From NCBI GenBank assembly GCA_964548955.1, contig CAZJTP010000001.1, forward strand, positions 74,285 to 134,298: 60,014 nucleotides of DNA. Reading direction: 5' to 3'. This DNA comes from an uncultured Phycisphaeraceae bacterium (lineage in GTDB: Bacteria; Planctomycetota; Phycisphaerae; UBA1845). This document shows positions 49,674-58,085 of the stretch, in pieces. Position 1 is the stretch's first letter. The number at the start of each line of letters is the position of its first letter. The translations under genes were made by a program, and so were the position numbers. Below the pieces are notes generated by a model, which saw only the letters and a program-made list of their open reading frames with translations, was not told the DNA's origin and did not search any database.

Positions 49674-50285
49674 ATGAGGCGCGCGAGGATAATCCCGCTT
49701 TCAGCCCTGCTTGTGGCTTTCAGCGCCGCTGCGTTCGCAGGGGGGATCGTCGGGACCGGGCACGATTTCTCGAGCGAGGCGTGGAGCGATGGCCGGATCT
49801 GCCTGCCGTGTCATGTGCCGCACAACGCACAAGTCGACGAGGACGGCAGCAGCATGGTCCTTTGGAACCATAGTGTTACCAACGAGACATTCATGATGTA
49901 TACCGGCTTCGCGGTCGAGCGGATCGATCGGGACCAGGATGAGCAGCCGGGCGGGGGCAGTAAGCTGTGCCTGAGCTGTCACGATGGCGTGACAGCCGTC
50001 GATGCCTTCGGTGGTGGTCTGGAATCCCCGTCGGTGTTCGCAGAGACCTCGCTTGGCACGGACCTGCGGGACGACCACCCGATCGGAGTGCAGTATCCGC
50101 CGGATGGATTCGCCGGTTTCAAGCCGAGGGCCAACCTGCCGCCCGTGAAGCTGATTACCTGGGGCGGCAAGACCGATCGAGTCGAGTGCACCTCGTGCCA
50201 TGAGCCACACTCGGACGACTTCGGCATGTTTCTCCGCATGGACAACACCGGCAGTGCGCTGTGCCTGCAGTGCCACGACAAGTAG
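49674..50285 (+). CDS. tetrahaem c-type cytochrome (doubled-CXXCH type), periplasmic
   Basis: GGAAGGAG lies upstream of the ATG at 49674. Signal peptide MRRARIIPLSALLVAFSAAAFAGG. Haem motifs CLPCH, CLSCH, CTSCH and CLQCH. HDFS...C..CH.PH and LWNH patterns. Confidence 0.9.
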   Translation: MRRARIIPLSALLVAFSAAAFAGGIVGTGHDFSSEAWSDGRICLPCHVPHNAQVDEDGSSMVLWNHSVTNETFMMYTGFAVERIDRDQDEQPGGGSKLCLSCHDGVTAVDAFGGGLESPSVFAETSLGTDLRDDHPIGVQYPPDGFAGFKPRANLPPVKLITWGGKTDRVECTSCHEPHSDDFGMFLRMDNTGSALCLQCHDK

Positions 50286-50356
50286 CACCGTTTGAGGCCG
50301 CGCGACGGTCTGACTGCGACGATTCGACTGACGAACGATAGACGGATGGGGGGGCG

Positions 50357-50989
50357 ATGAGATTTCAAATGGGGCGACTATCGGCGGTATTCGTGGCGGT
50401 GCTTGCCGGCGCGGCAATCTCACAGGACGCCTCGAGGATCGTGAATACGCCGCATAATCTGAACACCGTTGACGTCTGGGGCGTGGTCATCCCGCAGAAC
50501 CGCATCTGCCTGCCATGCCACACGCCGCACAACGCACAGAGGGAGGACAGGGGCGAGAGCCTGGTTCTGTGGAACCATGCGATCACCGAGCAAACGTTCG
50601 AGATGTACACCACGTCGGCGGGCCATAAGGGCGGCCAACCGGAGGGATACAGCAAACTCTGCCTGAGCTGCCACGACGGAGTGACAGCCATCGACAGCTT
50701 CGGTGGCAACAACGGTTTCTTCAATAATGTGAGGATCGCCCCGGATCGTCCCAGCAACCTGGGCACCGACCTGCGAAACGACCACCCGATCGGGGTCCAG
50801 TATCCCCCGCCGGACTTGACAGGATACCACGACAAAAGCACATTCATGGGTGTGAAGGTGGTGACGGTCAACGGCGTCGACCGGGTGGAATGTACATCCT
50901 GCCACGACCCCCACAATAATTCGCTCGGAATGTTCCTTCGACAGACGCTAAGCGGGAGCGCGCTTTGCCTCGAGTGTCATGACGAGTAG
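50357..50989 (+). CDS. tetrahaem c-type cytochrome, paralogue of the preceding gene
   Basis: Signal peptide present. Haem motifs CLPCH, CLSCH, CTSCH and CLECH, colinear with the 49674 protein (RICLPCH.PHNAQ, KLCLSCHDGVTA.D, LGTDLR.DHPIGVQYPP, VECTSCH.PH, ALCL.CHD). Confidence 0.9.
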   Translation: MRFQMGRLSAVFVAVLAGAAISQDASRIVNTPHNLNTVDVWGVVIPQNRICLPCHTPHNAQREDRGESLVLWNHAITEQTFEMYTTSAGHKGGQPEGYSKLCLSCHDGVTAIDSFGGNNGFFNNVRIAPDRPSNLGTDLRNDHPIGVQYPPPDLTGYHDKSTFMGVKVVTVNGVDRVECTSCHDPHNNSLGMFLRQTLSGSALCLECHDE

Positions 50990-51171
50990 CTCCGCCCGGA
51001 GAGAATGCGAGGGGCAGAAACGCCGATAACTCCCCGTAGGCGGGCCGGACTGGGCAGGGCGTAGTTGGCGCGTCGCCGGACGGCTGGAAGGCGGAACCGT
51101 CGCCACGACCAGGGAGGTGTCACCCCGTGACAGGAAGCCAGCGATATCGGTATTTCCTCCGAAGTTGGCCA

Positions 51172-52392
51172 ATGGCAACGCGGCTAAGACGAGCAAACGC
51201 CACCGGGGTCATGGCCGTTGCCGTGGCCCTGACTGCGGGATGCAACACCCCGGGCAGGACGGAGGCCCCGCTGCTGGTATTCCCGTCACCGCCGGCCGAG
51301 CCAAGAATACAATTCCTGACCTGGGCGAGTGGTGCCCAGGAAGTTGAAGCCCCAAAGAGCGGATTAGCCAAGTTCGTACTCGGCGATGAACCCGAGAACC
51401 GTTTGGCGATAGACAAGCCCTACGGCCTGGCCGCGCGCGACGGAGTCGTGTACGTGTGCGACACGAAGATGCCAGGCTTGTGCCGTCTGGATTTCAAGAA
51501 CCAAACCTACACCGTGTTCGGCGTCCGCGGACCGGGGCGGCTCCGTAAGCCGATCAACCTCGTCATCGACCCGGCCGGATACAAGTTCGTCGCCGACTCG
51601 CTGCGCAAGCAGATCGTGGTCTTTGGTCCCGACGACGGGTACGTGACGGCCTTCGATGTACCCAAACCGAGCCACCCGGTTGACATCGCACTCTCGGGCA
51701 ACGAGATCTATGTGCTCGACAACGACGATACTTGCCAGATCGTCGTAATGGATCGCCAGACGGGCGAGGTGCTCCACACTCTTTGCGGACCGGGTGAGGA
51801 GCCGGGGCAGTTCAGAATACCCAACAGCCTGTGCTTCGGGCCCGAGGGGCACCTGTATGTCAGCGATACCTTGAACTGGCGCATCCAGAAGCTGACCCGT
51901 GACGGTGAGCTGGTCTGGGTCAAAGGGACGCCGGGCCATCGCCTGGGGCAGTTTGGACGTCCCCGGGGTCTTCGGATCGGACCGGAGGGCATCGTCTACG
52001 TTGCCGACGCAGCCACCGAAATCATCCAGATGTACAACCCGGACGGGCAGATACTCATGCACTTCGGCGGTCCGGGCTCGGTGCCCGGCGCCCTCGTGCT
52101 CCCCGCTACCGTCGCCATCGATGCGACTTCCATCCCGTACTTCAAGCAGTACATCCACGAAGATTTCGACGTCGAGTATCTGCTGTTCGTCAGCAGTCAA
52201 TACGGTCAACACCTCATCAGCGTCTACGCCTTCGGCTCCTTCCCCGAAGGCTATCAATTATCGGAGGCGCAGATAGCCTCACTGCCGCCGGTGGATGAGG
52301 AGGAGGCTGAAGAATCGACAGGCACACCGGCGGGCGCTGACAATACACCAGACCAGGCGGGCGAAGATCAGCGATCAAAGCGGCAGGAATGA
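51172..52392 (+). CDS. NHL-repeat beta-propeller lipoprotein
   Basis: Lipoprotein signal MATRLRRANATGVMAVAVALTAGC. NHL-type repeats, for example GQFRIPNSLCFGPEGHLYVSDTLNWRIQKL and GQFGRPRGLRIGPEGIVYVADAATEIIQMY. A GTG at 51127 is an alternative start. Confidence 0.85.
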   Translation: MATRLRRANATGVMAVAVALTAGCNTPGRTEAPLLVFPSPPAEPRIQFLTWASGAQEVEAPKSGLAKFVLGDEPENRLAIDKPYGLAARDGVVYVCDTKMPGLCRLDFKNQTYTVFGVRGPGRLRKPINLVIDPAGYKFVADSLRKQIVVFGPDDGYVTAFDVPKPSHPVDIALSGNEIYVLDNDDTCQIVVMDRQTGEVLHTLCGPGEEPGQFRIPNSLCFGPEGHLYVSDTLNWRIQKLTRDGELVWVKGTPGHRLGQFGRPRGLRIGPEGIVYVADAATEIIQMYNPDGQILMHFGGPGSVPGALVLPATVAIDATSIPYFKQYIHEDFDVEYLLFVSSQYGQHLISVYAFGSFPEGYQLSEAQIASLPPVDEEEAEESTGTPAGADNTPDQAGEDQRSKRQE

Positions 52393-52395
52393 GTC

Positions 52396-53076
52396 ATGGA
52401 TGAGCGTCGGTCCTGCAAACTCACCGCGCAGTGCTCACCAAGCCGGCAGGAAGTATGCCGCACCCGCCCACACCGAGCCGCCCGGCGGGCGGTGATTGTC
52501 TCGACTACAACGGCGGCAGTTCTGATTGCAGCGGCCGCATGCTCGCACGAGGCCGGACATCGGGTGCTCGTGTTCTTCTTCGACGGCGTGCCCCCTCTCG
52601 AAACCGGTGTTACCGATCTTGCGGTCGAGACGGCGGGAGATGCATTGGCGACTACGGCGATCGAACCGCCGCAGCGCGTAAACGCCGCAAAGAGGTTCTA
52701 CAACCATCCGGCTTACAAGCAAAATCGCTGCCCCGAGTGCCACAATGTTGACGGTGGAACGTTGATCAAGACGGCACGCGAGGGACTCTGCCAATCCTGC
52801 CATCCCGAGACGCCGGCGAAGAAGAAGTTCGTCCACGGACCCGTGGCGCTCAACGGCTGCCTGGCGTGTCATCTCTATCACAAGTCGCTGCATCCAAAGG
52901 TACTGGTGGCGGACGCCCAGACGCTCTGCTTCCACTGCCATGAAGAGGGCGAACTGAGGACCGATGAGCACCACGCAACCATCAAGGAGGAGCGTTGCAT
53001 CGACTGCCACGACGCGCACGGCGGTGACGATCGATTCTTCCTTATTCCAAAGGCGGACACGGTTGAGTCTTCATGA
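52396..53076 (+). CDS. pentahaem c-type cytochrome, lipoprotein-type signal
   Basis: Signal AAVLIAAAACS. Haem motifs CPECH, CQSCH, CLACH, CFHCH and CIDCH. Starts 3 nt after the NHL gene stop. Confidence 0.9.
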   Translation: MDERRSCKLTAQCSPSRQEVCRTRPHRAARRAVIVSTTTAAVLIAAAACSHEAGHRVLVFFFDGVPPLETGVTDLAVETAGDALATTAIEPPQRVNAAKRFYNHPAYKQNRCPECHNVDGGTLIKTAREGLCQSCHPETPAKKKFVHGPVALNGCLACHLYHKSLHPKVLVADAQTLCFHCHEEGELRTDEHHATIKEERCIDCHDAHGGDDRFFLIPKADTVESS

Positions 53077-53122
53077 GACGTATTGATCGTTGAACGGAAG
53101 CAACGAACATGCTCGTCGTGCA

Positions 53123-55171
53123 ATGTGGCACGCCGGAGGCGGTCGGCGCGCGCGCCGTTGGATCGTGTGCCTCGCCGCCGGTGCAACCGGCGCGGCATTC
53201 CTGGCCGGCTGCCGCACGCAGCCCAGGGTGTCCGACGGCTTCGAGGAGCTGATGTTCACCGACTTCAAAGCGCATGCGGACTTCGTCGTCAGGCGGCAGG
53301 ACAGAGAGCAGGAGTCGAAAACGGAAACCAGTAAGATCCGCTCCAAGGAAACCATCTTCGAGGAAAGTCTGAGCCTGGAGACTAATGGCTATGTGTACCA
53401 CCCGAACCTGCTCGAGTTCACGCTCGGCGGAGTGTTCGGGCTGGTGCAGGAGGATTTCGAGGATATCGTCGATGGGCGGAAACGAAACGCGAGCAACAGC
53501 GGCGATCTGCTCGAGTTCGACATGGATGCGCGGATCTTTAAGAAGAAGACTTACCCCATGACAATGTTCGCCCACCGCCGCCGCGGACTTGTCCCTCGCC
53601 CTTTCTTGCCCAGTCTGGAGACGACCACGGCCAACTACGGCTTCACCTGGCAGTACGTCAGCAAGAAAATGCCCAGCAGCCTCCAGTTCAGCTATACCGA
53701 TGTTAAGCTGAGTCCGCTGCTGGTGAGCGGGTACGCCGAGGACAAAGGACGACAAAAGAACACGGTGCTGAGATTCGAGACCGGTTACAACTTCAACGAT
53801 CACCACGTGCTGTCGCTTGTCTACGAGCACGAATCGGTTGACGAAGAGCCCTTCGAGGTCGATTATGACGCCGACGAGGTCACGCTCACGCATCGGCTGG
53901 AGTTCGGCACCGAGCACCAACACGATCTGCGATCGGAGCTCAACGTCCTGGACCAGCGCGGTACAATCGACATTGATCGGGTCCGCTGGCGCGAGGACCT
54001 GCGGCTGAAACACTCCGACACGTTGCAGTCTCTATTCCAGTGGGAAGTGTTGGACCGGACCCGCGGAAACCGATTGGGCAACGTGCCGGACGTGGAGGAG
54101 CGTTCGACTTTGCTCTCCGGATCGTTGCGGCACCAGCTTTACCAGAGCCTGACTTCGCAGCTCCGCATGTTCGTACGGAAACAGAAATTCGAGCCTGACC
54201 TGGACATCACCCGATGGGGCGGTCAGATCGACTTCAGCTACCGCAAGACGAATCGTTGGGGTGTGCTGAATGCCAACTACGGTTTCCAGGCCGAGCGTAA
54301 CGATCACCGCGGTGCGTCGCAGACGGCCGAGATCGTCGACGAATCGCAGACTTTTCAAGACCCGGACCCGATCACACTTGGCAACCGAAACGTCCTTGTC
54401 GGATCCATCTTCATCACTGCCGAGGATCGCGTGACCATTTACCAGCGCGGGCGGGACTTTCTGGTGCGGCCCCTCGGCAACCACGTCGAGATTGAGCGCG
54501 TTCCGACCGGATACATCGCAGACGGCGAGACGGTTCTTATCGACTACCTGTTCAGCATCGGCGGGACATTCAAACTAGACACCATCGCCCACAACTTCGG
54601 CATCCGACAGGACTTCGAGTGCGGTTTGAAGCCGTATTACCGGTTCGAGTGGCAGGATCAGTCCATCACACCTGCGAGTGCTTCCGGAGCCATTGCGGAG
54701 GATATCACGGGGCACATCACCGGCGTGGAGTACCGGGATGCCTCGCTGAGACTCTTCGCAGAATACGAAGATCATGATTCAACTATCACTCCGTTCATCA
54801 GTACACGTTTGGGGGCATCCTGCACGCATCGGTTCAAGACCGGTGCGGAGACAAGCCTTCAAACCCGCTGGACCGACACGAGCCACGGCCCACCAACGGA
54901 GCGGGACGTCAGGCTGTTCACGCTGGAAGGTCGACACCGACACCCCATCACACCCAAGCTGATGATCGAGGGTTCAGTGCTCTATCGCAACGGCGAGGAC
55001 TCGCTCTCCCGTGACACCGAGGGAGTGGACGTATCACTCTCTTTGGAATGGTCCGTCCGGCAAACGGACGTCAAGATGAGTTTCGAGTACGGCGATTTTG
55101 AGGACGAATTCACGCGAAATGATTCCACCGCACTATTCATTCACGTAAGGCGAGAGATTTGGCAGCCATGA
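53123..55171 (+). CDS. large beta-rich envelope protein, putative outer-membrane beta-barrel (lipoprotein-type signal)
   Basis: Signal MWHAGGGRRARRWIVCLAAGATGAAFLAGC. About 650 further residues have no hydrophobic helix. They show many short alternating hydrophobic/polar stretches rich in Y/F/W/R/D/G (for example LRLFAEYEDHDS, VSLSLEWSVRQTDVKMSFEYGDF), with an aromatic residue near the C-terminus. A TTG at 53090 is an alternative start. Confidence 0.6.
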   Translation: MWHAGGGRRARRWIVCLAAGATGAAFLAGCRTQPRVSDGFEELMFTDFKAHADFVVRRQDREQESKTETSKIRSKETIFEESLSLETNGYVYHPNLLEFTLGGVFGLVQEDFEDIVDGRKRNASNSGDLLEFDMDARIFKKKTYPMTMFAHRRRGLVPRPFLPSLETTTANYGFTWQYVSKKMPSSLQFSYTDVKLSPLLVSGYAEDKGRQKNTVLRFETGYNFNDHHVLSLVYEHESVDEEPFEVDYDADEVTLTHRLEFGTEHQHDLRSELNVLDQRGTIDIDRVRWREDLRLKHSDTLQSLFQWEVLDRTRGNRLGNVPDVEERSTLLSGSLRHQLYQSLTSQLRMFVRKQKFEPDLDITRWGGQIDFSYRKTNRWGVLNANYGFQAERNDHRGASQTAEIVDESQTFQDPDPITLGNRNVLVGSIFITAEDRVTIYQRGRDFLVRPLGNHVEIERVPTGYIADGETVLIDYLFSIGGTFKLDTIAHNFGIRQDFECGLKPYYRFEWQDQSITPASASGAIAEDITGHITGVEYRDASLRLFAEYEDHDSTITPFISTRLGASCTHRFKTGAETSLQTRWTDTSHGPPTERDVRLFTLEGRHRHPITPKLMIEGSVLYRNGEDSLSRDTEGVDVSLSLEWSVRQTDVKMSFEYGDFEDEFTRNDSTALFIHVRREIWQP

Positions 55172-56220
55172 TCAGCTTCCGTCTTATCGCACTAGTCGTG
55201 TCCATGCTTGTTGCGGCGGGTTGCCATCGCCCGCTAAGACCGATTTTTGACGAGCCCACACCGCCGGTAACATGGCCGGCCGATCCCGCTCGGGCAAGGA
55301 TCCGGTACGTGGGGCAGCTCACTTCGTCGGCCGACGTCAAGCCGGCGCGAAAGCCGTTCCAGGGAGTCGTGGACTTCTTCGTGGGGGCGAAGACCCCGGA
55401 GCAGCTCTACGGCCCACGCTCGGTCGTTACCACCGGCGGCGGAAGTAGAGTTTGGATCGCGGATCCCGGCGGGCGCTGCCTGCACCTGTTTGATCTGCAG
55501 GATCGGTCTTACAAGAAAATTGTCCGCGCGGGCAACGAGCGTTTCTTGAGCCCGTCGGATTTGTGTGCCGGGCCCGAGGAAACGATTTTCATCTGTGATT
55601 CGGAGAGCATTGCGATTCACCAGTTGTCGGGACGTACCGGGGAACTTCGCCGCTCGCTACGCCTGACGGATGACGTGAAGCGACCCGTGGCGCTGCACTA
55701 TGACGCCAACAGGAAGGAGCTGTTCATCGTTGACGTGGCCGCCCACAACATCAAAGTCCTCAGCCTTGACGGGCGGCTTATCCGTATCGTCGGTCGACGG
55801 GGGAATCGCATTGGTGAGTTTAACTATCCGTGCGACATCGCCGATGACGGTACGGTCATCTGGATTGCCGACACCGGCAACCAGCGGGTCTGTGGACTGA
55901 CGCATTCCGGTGATCCGGTCGTCACCTTCGGCGAAGCGGGTGACGCCCCGGGGCGGATGGCCCTGCCCAAGGGAATCGCGACCGACAGCGATGGAAACGT
56001 GTACGTCGTAGACGCGCGGTTCGAGAACGTACAGGTTTTCGATCGCACGGGCAATCTGCTGCTCGTCATCGGCGAGGAGGGGATCGGTCCGGGGCAGTTC
56101 TGGTTGCCGGGGGGGATCTTCATTGATCCAAACGACAGAATCTGGATCTGCGACACGTACAATCGGCGGGTCCAGGCCTTCGAACGCATCAAAGACACTC
56201 GCCTCGGAGACCAGCCATGA
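55168..56220 (+). CDS. NHL-repeat beta-propeller lipoprotein (second copy)
   Basis: ATGA overlap with the upstream stop. Signal MISFRLIALVVSMLVAAGC. Repeats GEFNYPCDIADDGTVIWIADTGNQRV, GRMALPKGIATDSDGNVYVVDARFENVQVF and GQFWLPGGIFIDPNDRIWICDTYNRRVQAF. Confidence 0.85.
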   Translation: MISFRLIALVVSMLVAAGCHRPLRPIFDEPTPPVTWPADPARARIRYVGQLTSSADVKPARKPFQGVVDFFVGAKTPEQLYGPRSVVTTGGGSRVWIADPGGRCLHLFDLQDRSYKKIVRAGNERFLSPSDLCAGPEETIFICDSESIAIHQLSGRTGELRRSLRLTDDVKRPVALHYDANRKELFIVDVAAHNIKVLSLDGRLIRIVGRRGNRIGEFNYPCDIADDGTVIWIADTGNQRVCGLTHSGDPVVTFGEAGDAPGRMALPKGIATDSDGNVYVVDARFENVQVFDRTGNLLLVIGEEGIGPGQFWLPGGIFIDPNDRIWICDTYNRRVQAFERIKDTRLGDQP

Positions 56221-57935
56221 ATGCCACGTCAAATCATAGGTGCTTTGGGTTGCTCGTGGCGGCGGCTGTATGCTGTACCCAGATTGTGCGGGCTCAGGAA
56301 CGTGTCGTCGAGACGGTGCACAATCTTTCGACCAGCGGCTCGGGCGAGATTCGCGCGGAGTCAGAAGAGCGGGTGTGCGTCTTCTGCCATGCGCCACACA
56401 GCACGGCCGGGTCTATACCGTTGTGGAATCGTGAGTTTCCGGTCGCGAATTACCGCATCTATCAGTCGTCGACGTTCGACGCCGCTCCGGGGCAGCCCAC
56501 CGGTGCGAGCAAACTTTGCCTGAGTTGTCATGACGGGACAATCGCACTCGGTCGGGTTCTGAGCCGCGCCGATCGGATCCGCATGGTCGGCGGAGACTTC
56601 ATGCCGGCCGGTCTCTCGAACCTCGGGACCGATCTGTCCGACGATCACCCGATCAGCTTCTACTACACCGCAGGTCTGGCGGCGTCGGATCGCCAGCTTA
56701 AAAGCCCCAACACGCTGCCGGACAAGATCAAGCTGGATCCGTCAGGGCAACTCCAGTGCACCGCCTGCCACGACCCGCATCACAACAGGTACCGGATGTT
56801 CCTGACAATGCGCGATGAGTTCGGCGCCCTTTGCACGGTATGTCACGACATGTACGGTTGGTCATCCGGTTCACACAGCACGGCCGGTGAAGCGGTGTCC
56901 GGCGCGGCAATGGGTGACTGGCCGTTCGGCACGGTGATCCAAAACGCCTGCCGCAGTTGCCACCGCAGCCATGCCGCGGGCGGCCGCGAACGCCTGCTCA
57001 TCTTTGAGAAGGAGGAGGACAACTGTCTAAGCTGTCACGATGGAAGCGTCGCGCGGTTTGACATCGGCGCCGAAATCGACAAGCCCAGCGCTCACGACCC
57101 GCGCCTGTACGTTGGCATTCACGACCCCGCTGAGACGCTTGCGGGCTCGCAGCCGCATGTCGAGTGCGCCGATTGTCACAACCCTCACGCTGCTGCCGCG
57201 CCGACCCAGCAGGACTATAATATCGCCATCGGCGCGACAATGCTGAGGGTACCGGGCGTGACCTCGGGCGGCGGTTACGTGCAGGAGGCGCAGTTTGAGT
57301 ATGAGGTCTGCTATCGCTGCCACGCCGACGCGCCGGTTCCGGTCTCGCACCGCATTTCCCGCCAGGCGGATCAGCCGAACCTGCGCCTGAAGTTCAGCTC
57401 GACCAATCCCAGCTTCCACCCGGTGGTAACAGCCGCAGCAAGCACGGACACGGTGAGTCTGGACCCGACCATTCCCAGCGGGACGCTGATCCGCTGCACG
57501 GACTGCCACAATAACGACACCGGATCCCGGGCGGGCGGCAGCGGGCCCGACGGGCCGCACGGCTCCGTGTACGACTTCCTTCTCGAACACAACTACACCG
57601 TGCACGATAACACGCCCGAATCGGCTTACGACTACGCGCTTTGCTACAAGTGTCACAGGCGCGTCAGTATATTGAACAACGAGAGCTTCCCAAGGCACGC
57701 CGAGCACCTGCGAGACCGGGACGCACCCTGCAGCGCCTGCCACGATCCGCATGGAATCAGTACCACCGTAGGCGGCGGCTCCGACCACACGCATCTGATC
57801 AACTTCGACACCACGATCGTACGCCCGCTGACCGGGACTACGCGGACGGCGTTTCGAGACCTCGGACGCTTCGTCGGGAGCTGCACGTTGACGTGCCACG
57901 GCCACGACCACAACGAACAGGAATACGGCTATTGA
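56217..57935 (+). CDS. dodecahaem c-type cytochrome (11 CXXCH + 1 CX3CH)
   Basis: ATGA overlap with the upstream stop and a signal peptide. Haem motifs in order: CVFCH, CLSCH, CTACH, CTVCH, CRSCH, CLSCH, CADCH, CYRCH, CTDCH, CYKCH, CSACH and CTLTCH. The first ~190 aa are colinear with the two tetrahaem proteins. Confidence 0.9.
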   Translation: MNATSNHRCFGLLVAAAVCCTQIVRAQERVVETVHNLSTSGSGEIRAESEERVCVFCHAPHSTAGSIPLWNREFPVANYRIYQSSTFDAAPGQPTGASKLCLSCHDGTIALGRVLSRADRIRMVGGDFMPAGLSNLGTDLSDDHPISFYYTAGLAASDRQLKSPNTLPDKIKLDPSGQLQCTACHDPHHNRYRMFLTMRDEFGALCTVCHDMYGWSSGSHSTAGEAVSGAAMGDWPFGTVIQNACRSCHRSHAAGGRERLLIFEKEEDNCLSCHDGSVARFDIGAEIDKPSAHDPRLYVGIHDPAETLAGSQPHVECADCHNPHAAAAPTQQDYNIAIGATMLRVPGVTSGGGYVQEAQFEYEVCYRCHADAPVPVSHRISRQADQPNLRLKFSSTNPSFHPVVTAAASTDTVSLDPTIPSGTLIRCTDCHNNDTGSRAGGSGPDGPHGSVYDFLLEHNYTVHDNTPESAYDYALCYKCHRRVSILNNESFPRHAEHLRDRDAPCSACHDPHGISTTVGGGSDHTHLINFDTTIVRPLTGTTRTAFRDLGRFVGSCTLTCHGHDHNEQEYGY

Positions 57936-58085
57936 GTCGCTAGACCAGGCTCTGTTTTTGTGTAGCGAGCAGCGGGCTCAAAGCCCGCGCGGAATCTCCG
58001 AGGTAAGCCTTTCTTCCAAGAGCCCAAAACCGCTACGTGAAATTGAAAAACGCTCTGGTCAATCTGACCTCAGTGTCCGTGGCAA

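Noticed and set aside
53042-54013. 323-aa minus-strand ORF, plus 57027..57911, 55657..56397 and 51364..52257
   Set aside because: All are antisense to operon genes that carry clear CXXCH, NHL or signal-peptide features. None has motifs of its own.
49674-57935. Anammox hydrazine-synthase-like module (propellers + haem proteins in a planctomycete)
   Set aside because: The propellers here are NHL lipoproteins without fused haem domains, and the cytochromes are Geobacter-style doubled-CXXCH proteins. No other anammox-type genes are visible in the window.
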